Shown here piece by piece: positions 33,101 through 40,734 of a stretch of DNA of 48,220 nt. Where the stretch lies: positions 1 through 48,220 of the forward strand of contig VGRB01000001.1 in NCBI GenBank assembly GCA_016875475.1, given 5' to 3'. Under the pieces are notes generated by a model. The model worked only from the letters and a program-made list of their open reading frames with translations, had not been told where the DNA came from and searched no databases. A program made the position numbers and the translations under genes. Each line of letters starts with the position of its first letter. Position 1 is the first letter of the stretch. This DNA comes from Deltaproteobacteria bacterium (GTDB lineage: Bacteria > Myxococcota_A > UBA9042 > DTJE01).

Positions 33101-35891
33101 CGCCTGCGGCGAGGACGGGGTCTGCCGCGGCGAGCCCCGGGACTGCGACGACGGCAGGCTCTGCACGAGGGACTTCTGCGATCCGGGCGCGGCGTCGGGG
33201 TGCCGCCGCGAGTTCAACTACCTGCCGTGCGACGACGGCGACGCGTGCACCGTGAACGACCGGTGCGGCGGCGGCGAGTGCCGCGGCTACCCCGGCCCGG
33301 GCTGCGACGACGGCAACCCGTGCACCGACGACGCGTGCGATCCGGCCGGCGGGTGCCGCCACGACCCGAACACGCGAGACTGCGACGACGGGGACGCCTG
33401 CACGTCGGGGGACAAGTGCGCGGGCGGCCGGTGCGCCGGGTGGCCGGTCCCCTGCGGCGACGAGAACCCCTGCACGCACGACGCGTGCGACCCGCGCATG
33501 GGCTGCACCAGGATCCCGAAGAGCGGGGCGTCGTGCGCGTCCGGGGACCGGTGCCTCGCGGACGCGCAGTGCAGCGGGTACGAGTGCGTCGGCACCCAGC
33601 GCGCGTGCGACGACGACAACCCGTGTACCAAGGACTCCTGCCTGTACCCCGGCGAGTGCGTGTTCCTCCCGCTCACCGGCGTGTCGTGCGGCTTCGGCGG
33701 CACCTGCGAGGAGGGGCATTGCGTGGGGGTCCCGGACTGCGCCGACGGCAACCCCTGCACGTTCGATCGCTTCAACGGCGAGACCTGCGACCACCTGCCG
33801 CGCACGGGGCCGTGCGACGACGGGGACGCGTGCACGTCGCACGACTCCTGCATCGACGGCGCGTGCCTGGGCCGGCCGCGGAACTGCGACGACCATGACC
33901 CGTGCACGCTGGACGACTGCGACCCGAAGGCCGGGTGCACGTTCGCGGCGGTCGACGGCCTCGACTGCGACGACGGCAACCCGTGTACGGACGGGGACGC
34001 GTGCTCCGCCGGCACGTGCGGGGGCGTCCGGAAGCCGTGCGACGACGACAACCCGTGCACGGCCGACCGGTGCGACGTCTTCGCCGAGCCCGGCATCGAC
34101 GCCTGCGTCCACGAGCCGATCCAGATGGCCTGCGACGACGGCGACCCGTGCACGGACGGGGACTTCTGCTTCGACGCGGTGTGCCGGCCGGGCGCGATCC
34201 GGGACTGCCACGACGACAACCCGTGCACGGTCGAGCTGTGCGACCCGGTCCTCGGGTGCGTCCGGGAGGCGGCCTCGGGCGGGGGCGACGACGGGAACGC
34301 CTGCACGGCCGGCGACCGGTGCTCCGGCGAGGCGTGCACCGGCGAGCCGATCTCCTGCGACGACGGCAACCCGTGCACGGCCGACTGGTGCGACAGGGCC
34401 TGGGGATGCCGGAGTTCGCCGGTGCCCGGCGCGCCGTGCCGCGACTCGAACGCCTGCACCGCGGACGACCGGTGCACGTCTTCCGGCGCCTGCTCCGGGT
34501 CGCCGGTCGTGTGCGACGACGGGAATGCCTGCACTGACGACTCGTGCTCGCCCGCCGCGGGGTGCGTCTCGACGCCGAACTCGCTCCCGTGCGACGACCG
34601 CAACGAGTGCACGTCGAACGACCGCTGCGAGGGCGGGGGCTGCCTGGGCGGCGAGCCGGTCAGGTGCGAGGACGGGAACGTCTGCACCGAGGACCGGTGC
34701 GACCCCGTCTGGGGGTGCACGTTCAAGCCGGCAGATCGGCCCTGCGAGGACGGGAACCCGTGTACGGCCGGGGACCGGTGCCTGGGGGGGACGTGCGTGC
34801 CCGGCGGCATCATCGCCTGCAACGACGCCAACCCCTGCACGACCGACTCCTGCCAGTCGGGCAAGGGGTGCGTGTTCCACCTGACCGCCGGGCAGTGCGA
34901 CGACGGCGACGCGTGCACCGAGGGAGACCGGTGCCTGGACGGCCAGTGCCGGGGCACGGACCCGAAGGACTGCAGCGACGACAACCCCTGCACCGTCGAG
35001 CGCTGCCTGCCGGGGTCGGGCTGCGTATGGGAGCCCGTCGACCACCCGTGCGACGACAAGGACCCGTGCACGCTCGGAGATGGTTGCTCCGGGGGGGGGT
35101 GCCGGTCCGGGCCGCCCCTGGTCTGCGACGACGCCAATCCCTGCACCGCGGACGCCTGCACCGGCGGGCAGTGCGTGTTCCAGCCCGAGCCGGGTCCGGT
35201 GCCGTGCGAGGACGGGAACGCCTGCACGACCGGCGATTTCTGCCAGGCGGGATACTGCACCCCCGGCCGGCCTGTCCGGTGCGGCGACGAGATCGACCCC
35301 TGCGTGCGCGGCTCCTGTTCGCCGGCCCTGGGGTGCGTCGAGTCGTTCACGACCCTGCCCTGCGACGACCACGACCCGTGCACGCGTGGCGAGGGCTGCC
35401 GCGACGGCGCGTGTTCGGGCGGCGCGGCCGTTTCCTGCGACGACGGCGACCCGTGTACGGACGACCTCTGCCGGCCGGGCGAAGGGTGCGAGCACCTGCC
35501 CGCGCACAACGTGGCGAAGTGCGACGACGGCGACCCGTGCACCGGCGGGGACGTGTGTACCGGCGCGGGATGCGCCGGGACGTGGGTCGTGGACTGCGAC
35601 GACCACGCGTACTGCACGATCGATCGCTGCGATCCCGGCGTCGGCTGCGTCCACGAGCCCCGTCCGACCGGGGACGGTTGCGACGATTCCGACGAGTGCA
35701 CGTCGGACGACCGGTGCGCCGACGGGCGTTGCGCAGGGACGGCCGTGGACTGCGACGACGGCAACCCGTGCACGTTCGACGGGTGCGAGCGCTCGTCGGG
35801 CTGCCTCCACCGGCCGAACGCGCTCCCGTGTCCGGGAGGGCGATGCGAGGCCGGGGAGTGCAGGCCCGTGCCCGGGGCGGAGGTCCGGTGA
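30180..35891 (+). CDS. giant (1903 aa) lipoprotein built from tandem Cys-rich 'CDDGNPCTxDxC' repeats (Dictyostelium-repeat-like)
   Basis: Signal and lipobox (PALAAC-GGG). After about 130 aa it is almost entirely a bipartite 45-50 aa unit: CDDGNPCTxDxCDPxxGCxHxP...CDDGDACTxGDxCxxGxCxG. The third-position GC bias supports this frame over the long antisense ORFs. Confidence 0.9.
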   Translation: MMAVIRSVSLLLLALALVPALAACGGGTSSGTPDQDPGALPEAGWTDGGDPSDGADAEGAAGDDSADAGTIPCSIDDDCAPLAERLAACRVPRCGRSGTCEAVPAGDGSPCGDAEPCRPDGLCVSGACMGRAKDCDDHNPCTDDTCEPGVGCRNAPNRRPCDDGNPCTSDDVCADGSCGGHNECQCGGDAECAAHEDQNRCNGTLRCSNGLCEVDPATVVVCDPRAPGACRVPACDPLTGACVEADVPDGRPCDDLDACTVGDACLGGACVALATIHCDDNNPCTNDGCDPSGGCVRTPRAGDCDDGNACTLDDRCDAYGKCVGVPTPECGCLDTAGCAPLEDGDRCNGTLACVNHACVVAPATVVACDTSGDGPCSRTACVPATGECAGTPAPEGRPCDDGNACSSASACQAGECVPLATLSCDDGNVCTGDSCDPGQGCRHDPVAGACDDGDPCTGPDNCAWGTCNPLVRGCDDLDPCTTDVCDPVEGCVHQAITGACEDGNACTAMETCVDGKCVGGVPVSCDDGNPCTDDPCDPAGGCRLHPPNTVPCDDGDPCTGDEHCSQGACVPGGPRNCDDGDPCTAERCDPGVGCVRWGSGAACDDGNPCSLDDACADGGCAPGEATTCDDGNPCTTDSCDAVAGCVHADAPPGTGCDDGDACTGEDVCLPGGKCRGTFVVCDDGNPCTLDRCVPAIGCVADDLGHRCDDGSPCTEGDRCRDGTCEGVPKGCDDGNPCTADRCDPVVGCVWEPRAAACDDGNACTAGDACQGYVCLPGPRPDCDDLDPCTLDRCLPAAGCRNDRLLGIPCDDGDPCTVKDRCLATGCGGGRQACDDGNPCTTDLCLPYGGCVHEPSAAGPCDDGSVCTTGDACEAGRCRGVATIDCSDQDQCTLDWCDPVAGCTHKPRGYFPCSDGSACTIGDHCDPDGRCTGAPLACDDRNDCTADGCDAAKGCFATPLPGNACDDGDPCSESDACGEDGVCRGEPRDCDDGRLCTRDFCDPGAASGCRREFNYLPCDDGDACTVNDRCGGGECRGYPGPGCDDGNPCTDDACDPAGGCRHDPNTRDCDDGDACTSGDKCAGGRCAGWPVPCGDENPCTHDACDPRMGCTRIPKSGASCASGDRCLADAQCSGYECVGTQRACDDDNPCTKDSCLYPGECVFLPLTGVSCGFGGTCEEGHCVGVPDCADGNPCTFDRFNGETCDHLPRTGPCDDGDACTSHDSCIDGACLGRPRNCDDHDPCTLDDCDPKAGCTFAAVDGLDCDDGNPCTDGDACSAGTCGGVRKPCDDDNPCTADRCDVFAEPGIDACVHEPIQMACDDGDPCTDGDFCFDAVCRPGAIRDCHDDNPCTVELCDPVLGCVREAASGGGDDGNACTAGDRCSGEACTGEPISCDDGNPCTADWCDRAWGCRSSPVPGAPCRDSNACTADDRCTSSGACSGSPVVCDDGNACTDDSCSPAAGCVSTPNSLPCDDRNECTSNDRCEGGGCLGGEPVRCEDGNVCTEDRCDPVWGCTFKPADRPCEDGNPCTAGDRCLGGTCVPGGIIACNDANPCTTDSCQSGKGCVFHLTAGQCDDGDACTEGDRCLDGQCRGTDPKDCSDDNPCTVERCLPGSGCVWEPVDHPCDDKDPCTLGDGCSGGGCRSGPPLVCDDANPCTADACTGGQCVFQPEPGPVPCEDGNACTTGDFCQAGYCTPGRPVRCGDEIDPCVRGSCSPALGCVESFTTLPCDDHDPCTRGEGCRDGACSGGAAVSCDDGDPCTDDLCRPGEGCEHLPAHNVAKCDDGDPCTGGDVCTGAGCAGTWVVDCDDHAYCTIDRCDPGVGCVHEPRPTGDGCDDSDECTSDDRCADGRCAGTAVDCDDGNPCTFDGCERSSGCLHRPNALPCPGGRCEAGECRPVPGAEVR

Positions 35892-35917
35892 GGGGCAGCG
35901 GTCAAGGAGGCGCTGTC

Positions 35918-36613
35918 GTGACGCGCGCCGCGACCGGTCGTATCGCGTGGCCGATCGTGCTCGAGTGGGGCGCGAAGCTGCTCGCGCTCGTGCTGCTCGG
36001 CGGCATCATCTTCCTGGAGGTCGTCTCGATCCGGGCGTGGCTCGGGGTCGCGGCGGTGTCGCCCTGGCGCGGCTGGACCCGGATCGTGTCCGACGGGAGC
36101 CTCGCGGTGTTCGCGGCGATCGTGCTCGCCGTCTACGTGGTCCGGCGGCCCGCGGTCCGGAAGGCGGGCGGGGTGCTGCCGCGGGTGGCGGCCGTGGCGG
36201 GTCCGATCATCCTGCCGGTGGCGCTCTTCTTCGTGAAGCCCGACGCGACCCCGGCGCGGTTCGTCGCCGGGACGGTCCTGTCGGGCGTCGGGCACGTCCT
36301 CTCGATCGCGGCCATCGCGTGGCTCGGCCGGTCCTTCAGCGTGATGCCGGAAGCCAGGAAACTGGTGACGTCGGGACCTTACGCGATCGTGAGGCACCCG
36401 CTGTACCTGTCCGAGGCGTGCGCGTCGGTCGGGCTCGTGCTCCTGCGGTTCTCTTGGCTGTCCGTCGCGGCGTTCGCGGTCTGGACCGCGGCGCAGTTCG
36501 CGCGCGCGAGGTACGAGGAGCGTGTGCTGTCCGCCGAGTTCCCGGAATACGCCGCCTACGCCGCCCGCACCCCGATGCTCCTCCCCTGGCCCCGGCGTCG
36601 CCGCCGAGCCTGA
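35918..36613 (+). CDS. ICMT/PEMT-family integral-membrane methyltransferase
   Basis: GTG 35918 lies 7 nt after AAGGAGG. 231 aa, about 5 TM segments. C-terminal signature LVTSGPYAIVRHPLYLSE...EERVLSAEFPEY is typical of isoprenylcysteine carboxyl / phospholipid methyltransferases. Confidence 0.85.
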   Translation: MTRAATGRIAWPIVLEWGAKLLALVLLGGIIFLEVVSIRAWLGVAAVSPWRGWTRIVSDGSLAVFAAIVLAVYVVRRPAVRKAGGVLPRVAAVAGPIILPVALFFVKPDATPARFVAGTVLSGVGHVLSIAAIAWLGRSFSVMPEARKLVTSGPYAIVRHPLYLSEACASVGLVLLRFSWLSVAAFAVWTAAQFARARYEERVLSAEFPEYAAYAARTPMLLPWPRRRRRA

Positions 36614-36667
36614 CCGGCCGGAAACCCGGTACAATCACCCGCGGACCCCGAGCGGGGGAGAGGCGGG

Positions 36668-39511
36668 ATGCGGGCGCGGGAACGGGTTCGGATCGTCGTC
36701 GTCGCGGCGTTCCTCGCGGCCTGTGCGGCCTGCGGCGGGGGCGGGAGCGGGCCGGCCGGCGGTGACGCGGCCGGCGACGGCGCCGCGGTCGAGAACGGTC
36801 CCGGCGACGATGGGGCCGAGGCCGGGCCGGACGGGGGAGACCCCTCCCCGGCCGAGATCGAGGTCGGCCCCGACGGTTCGGACCCCGGCGATCCGGACGA
36901 CGCGGTGCCGCCTGACGCGGAGCCGGACGGCTCGAATCCCCCGGAATCCGCGCCGGACGCGGACGAGGGGGGCGGCGGGGACGTGCCTGAGGACGACGCG
37001 ACGCCGGACGCCGGCGCGGACGATCCGGGCGACGACCCGGGCGGCGACGCGACCCCCGAGGCGGACGAAGGCGCCGAGGCGGACGCCGGCTGCGACGGCC
37101 CGGCGTGCCTGCCGCCCTGTCCGGACGACGGGCTCGAGTGTACGGCCGAGGTGCGCGACCCGGCGACGCATGAGTGCGTCCCGTTCGTGCTGCCCGGCTA
37201 CTGCCTGATCGGCGGGGTCTGCCGGTTCAACCTCGAGCCGGACCCGGACCACCCGTGCCTGTTCTGCGACCCCGGGCAGAGCCTGGACTCGTTCTCTCCT
37301 CACGCCGGGCTCCCGTGCGACGACGGCGAGCCCTGTACCGAGGGCGACTCGTGCGACGCGGCCGGCGCCTGCGACCCAGGCGCGCCCGCGGACTGCAACG
37401 ACGGGAACGCCTGCACGAACGACAAGTGCGTGAACGGAAAGGGCTGCGAGCACACCGCGAACAAGAACGCGTGCGACGACGGGCAGGGCGTGTGCACCTA
37501 CCAGAAGCAGTGCTCGGGCGGGAAGTGCATCGGCAAGAAGATCCCGTGCACGGACGCGGACCCGTGTACCGCGGAGGCGTGCGACCCGGTGAAGGGCTGC
37601 GTCTTCCCGATCGCGATCGGCGCGCCGTGCAGCGACGCCATGCCGTGCACCACCGGCGACGCTTGCGGCGCGGACGGGAAGTGCCGCGGGACCGCGGTGG
37701 TCTGCGACGACGGCAACCAGTGCACCGCGGACTCGTGCAACCCGACGACCGGCCAGTGCATGCACCAGCCGACCTTCGGGGGGTGCGACGACGGCAACGC
37801 GTGCACCACGAACGACCACTGCGAGGCCGGGGCGAAGTGCGTGGGGTACGACCTGCTGTGCGAGGATGGGAACCCCTGCACCGACGACTCGTGCGAGCCC
37901 GGGACCGGCTGCACGTTCAGGCCGAACTGGGACACCTGCGACGACGGCGACCCGTGCACGGAGGACGACGTGTGCGGCGAAGGCCGTTGCGACGGGGCGG
38001 AGCGGAACTGCGCGGACTCGAACCTCTGCACGATCGACACGTGCGACCCGGTCGCCGGCTGCCTGCACGCGATCAACTGGGGGCCGTGCGAGGACGGGAA
38101 CCTGTGCACCTCGGGCGAGACGTGCTCGACCGGGTTCTGCGCGGGCGGCGTGAACGTGGACTGCGACGACGGCGAGACGTGTACCTACGACAAGTGCGAC
38201 CCCGCGGTCGGGTGCGTGCACGAGCCCGTGATCGAGCCGTGCGACGACATGGACCCGTGCACGCAGGACGACTTCTGCTCGGGAGGGCAGTGCGCCGGGA
38301 CCACGATCGACTGCGACGACGGCGTGGCCTGCACGATCGACACGTGCGGCGCCGGCGGGACCTGCACGCACGCGATCGTGCCGGACGGAGGCGCGTGCGA
38401 GGACGGCAACAAGTGCCTCGCCGACCGGAAGTGCCAGGGCGCGGTCTGCGTCGGCAAGTCCCTCGACTGCGACGACGGGAGCCCGTGCACCACGGACAAG
38501 TGCTTCCCGGAGACGGGCTGCCGGCACGAGCCGAAGTCCGTCGGGAACTGCAACGACGGGTCCGCGTGCACGCTCGGCGACCGCTGCGTGGCTGGCGAGT
38601 GCGTCGGGACCAGCCTGCCGTGCTCGGACGGCAACGCCTGCACCGACGACACCTGCGACGAGTCGGGGGGGTGCGTCTTCCCGCACAACAGCGCGCCCTG
38701 CGACGACAAGGACCCGTGTACCGGCCCGGACACCTGCTCGGGCGGCGGGTGTACCAGCCGGTCCCTGTTCACCGACCCGGTCGCGAAGACCGCCCTGCTG
38801 TCGTACGGCACGTCCGGCAACCCCGGGCAGGGACTGAACGTGGACAACAACGGCTCCACGTGCGCGCCCAAGGGCACGTGCGCCCAGGGAATCGACAACG
38901 CGTTCGCGAAGCTCGCATGGCTGTTCAACCCCGAGCTGACCAGGGCGGTCGCGGAGGGCTCCGCCGGCATCGTGATCGAGCCCGAGGCCGGGCCCGCCGG
39001 CGTCGCCCTGAACCTGTTCTGGGCGCGGGTCGTCGCGCCGCCGGGTTGCGACCCGGCCGGGGCGGGCTGCACGTACCGGGTCTATGCCTCGGACGTCGTG
39101 GACGAGTGCTCGCCGAAGTACCGGTTCGACAACGCGATCCTCGACGGCACGCACCTGACCGCGGGAGGCAAGGCCTACGACGCGCCGTTCTACGTGGTGA
39201 TCGGCGCGCTCCGCCTGCCCGTGACGCTGCACTGGGCCGCGCTCGACGCGTCCGTGTCGGTGTCGAACGGCACGTTCGTCTCCGGGTCGGGCGTGCTCGC
39301 CGGCGCCTTGTACCGCCAGGAGCTGATCGACGCCGTGTCCGGCGCGCCCGCGGACGCCTTCCCGCCGCCGTACACGCGCGACGTCCTGGTCCAGTACCTC
39401 ACCAAGTACGTGGTCCCGGACCTCGACGTGAGCGGCGACGGGATGAAGGACGCGATCTCGGTCGGGATGCCGTTCACGCTGGTGACCGGGAAGGTCGCGG
39501 GGTTCCAGTAG
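36668..39511 (+). CDS. 947-aa lipoprotein: acidic low-complexity spacer, 'CDDGNPCT' Cys-rich repeats, Cys-poor C-terminal domain
   Basis: Lipobox FLAACAAC-GGG. About 130 aa rich in D/P/G/E/A. About 25 half-repeats of the same type as the giant protein. Then about 250 aa with no repeats (ALLSYGTSGNPGQGLNVDNNG...GKVAGFQ). Confidence 0.9.
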   Translation: MRARERVRIVVVAAFLAACAACGGGGSGPAGGDAAGDGAAVENGPGDDGAEAGPDGGDPSPAEIEVGPDGSDPGDPDDAVPPDAEPDGSNPPESAPDADEGGGGDVPEDDATPDAGADDPGDDPGGDATPEADEGAEADAGCDGPACLPPCPDDGLECTAEVRDPATHECVPFVLPGYCLIGGVCRFNLEPDPDHPCLFCDPGQSLDSFSPHAGLPCDDGEPCTEGDSCDAAGACDPGAPADCNDGNACTNDKCVNGKGCEHTANKNACDDGQGVCTYQKQCSGGKCIGKKIPCTDADPCTAEACDPVKGCVFPIAIGAPCSDAMPCTTGDACGADGKCRGTAVVCDDGNQCTADSCNPTTGQCMHQPTFGGCDDGNACTTNDHCEAGAKCVGYDLLCEDGNPCTDDSCEPGTGCTFRPNWDTCDDGDPCTEDDVCGEGRCDGAERNCADSNLCTIDTCDPVAGCLHAINWGPCEDGNLCTSGETCSTGFCAGGVNVDCDDGETCTYDKCDPAVGCVHEPVIEPCDDMDPCTQDDFCSGGQCAGTTIDCDDGVACTIDTCGAGGTCTHAIVPDGGACEDGNKCLADRKCQGAVCVGKSLDCDDGSPCTTDKCFPETGCRHEPKSVGNCNDGSACTLGDRCVAGECVGTSLPCSDGNACTDDTCDESGGCVFPHNSAPCDDKDPCTGPDTCSGGGCTSRSLFTDPVAKTALLSYGTSGNPGQGLNVDNNGSTCAPKGTCAQGIDNAFAKLAWLFNPELTRAVAEGSAGIVIEPEAGPAGVALNLFWARVVAPPGCDPAGAGCTYRVYASDVVDECSPKYRFDNAILDGTHLTAGGKAYDAPFYVVIGALRLPVTLHWAALDASVSVSNGTFVSGSGVLAGALYRQELIDAVSGAPADAFPPPYTRDVLVQYLTKYVVPDLDVSGDGMKDAISVGMPFTLVTGKVAGFQ

Positions 39512-39539
39512 AGCATTCCGCGCTGTCGCCCGTCCCGCC
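39511..39539 (-). repeat. truncated third copy of the intergenic repeat (terminal block only)
   Basis: gagcattccgcgctgtcgc (39511-39529) is identical to 43367-43385. Partial similarity continues for about 10 more nt. It fills the whole 33-bp gap between the convergent stops at 39511 and 39545. Confidence 0.6.
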
Positions 39540-39544
39540 GGCGC

Positions 39545-40702
39545 CTACTCGTCCACGTTGACGATCGATTCCAGCAGCGCGGTCCCCTTGATGGCCACGG
39601 GCGCGGCGCCCTCGACCGCGAGCGTCAGCTCCGGCTCGCCCTCCAGGCGGTAGGTGATCGGGTTGCCCGCCACCATCGACGCGATCTGGCCCTGCGCCCA
39701 GCCGAGGCGCTCCATCACGGCCTCGCGGTCGTGCAGCCGCTTCCCCGCGATCGCGCCCGCGAGCCCCACCTTGCCCTTCAGCGCGACGCCGTAGCGCGCG
39801 TCGTAGTGGTGCCCCTTCGGGTCGGCCTTCCGGTCGCCGGGCTCGAACGCGGCCTCGTCGGTCACCTCCAGCACCCCGTTCCGACCGGCCACGATGGTGC
39901 GGGTGAACACCTCCCCCCCGTGCTTCCTGTTCATCCGCACCGCGAAGAACGCGACCGAGTGGTCCGGCGCGAACACGCGGCTGACCCACCACCGGGCCGT
40001 GAAGTCGGACGCGAGCTTGTTCTGGATCATGTGGTCCAGGTACAGGTCGCCCTTGACGCGCTGCCGGTCCCTGCCGACCACCAGCTCGCCTTCGAACTCC
40101 GCGCGCGGCACGTGGTAGAAGACGGTCATCCACGCGGACCTGTCGCTCGTCAGGTAGGTGCGGCCGTCGTGCATCTTCACGCCGTCCGTCCACGCCCGGC
40201 CCTTGATCGACAGCCGGAACTCCGCGTGATCGACCTTGAGCGTCACGTCGCGGCCGGAGAGCCCGAGCCGGTCCGGCCCGATCTCGATGATCCCGGCCTC
40301 CGCGTCCTCGCCGAAATCGTCGGTCGACTCCTCCCAGGAGAAGTACTGCGCGTCCTTCCCCGGCGCGGTGTAGGACACGTTCACCCCGGCGCGGCCCGAC
40401 ACCACCCCGATGTTGGTGTAGAGGAACGTGACGTAGATCGTGTGGCCGGCCGCGGTGCGCATGACCGCGGACCACGACTCCGTGTAGTACTTGTCGTCGT
40501 GCGGGTGCCGGAGCCAGTCCCCCGGCACGGTCGGGCTCACGCGCGGCCCGGCCCGGTCGACCGACACCTTCGCATACGCGGGTGCGCCCGCCCCCGCTGC
40601 CGCGACCCACGCCGCGATCGCCACGAGCCGCGCCGCGATCCCCCCCAACACCCGAGCCTTCGTCGACATGCCGTTCACCCCGCAAGGACCGGCGGGAATC
40701 AT
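39545..40702 (-). CDS. secreted protein of unknown function
   Basis: ATG 40702 lies 8 nt after GGAGG; ATG 40669 is the alternative. Signal peptide ...AAWVAAAGAGAPAYA. The mature part is beta-rich with no motif I can name. Sits 32 nt downstream of hrpB on the same strand. Confidence 0.75.
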   Translation of the reverse strand: MIPAGPCGVNGMSTKARVLGGIAARLVAIAAWVAAAGAGAPAYAKVSVDRAGPRVSPTVPGDWLRHPHDDKYYTESWSAVMRTAAGHTIYVTFLYTNIGVVSGRAGVNVSYTAPGKDAQYFSWEESTDDFGEDAEAGIIEIGPDRLGLSGRDVTLKVDHAEFRLSIKGRAWTDGVKMHDGRTYLTSDRSAWMTVFYHVPRAEFEGELVVGRDRQRVKGDLYLDHMIQNKLASDFTARWWVSRVFAPDHSVAFFAVRMNRKHGGEVFTRTIVAGRNGVLEVTDEAAFEPGDRKADPKGHHYDARYGVALKGKVGLAGAIAGKRLHDREAVMERLGWAQGQIASMVAGNPITYRLEGEPELTLAVEGAAPVAIKGTALLESIVNVDE

Positions 40703-40734
40703 ATCCCCATCCTCCCCGCCGCACCCCCGCGGGG

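Noticed and set aside
29994-35810. 1938-aa ORF on the minus strand. Similar long ORFs are 33287..36634(-), 36635..39232(-), 30092..31111(-) and several long + strand ORFs in other frames across 30.3-36.8 kb.
   Set aside because: They are antisense or out of frame relative to the Cys-repeat genes. Their products are Arg/Ala/Pro/Gly low-complexity strings with no motifs. In >70% GC DNA, stop codons are rare in all frames. Only the + frames called here have signal peptides, regular repeats and G/C-rich third positions.
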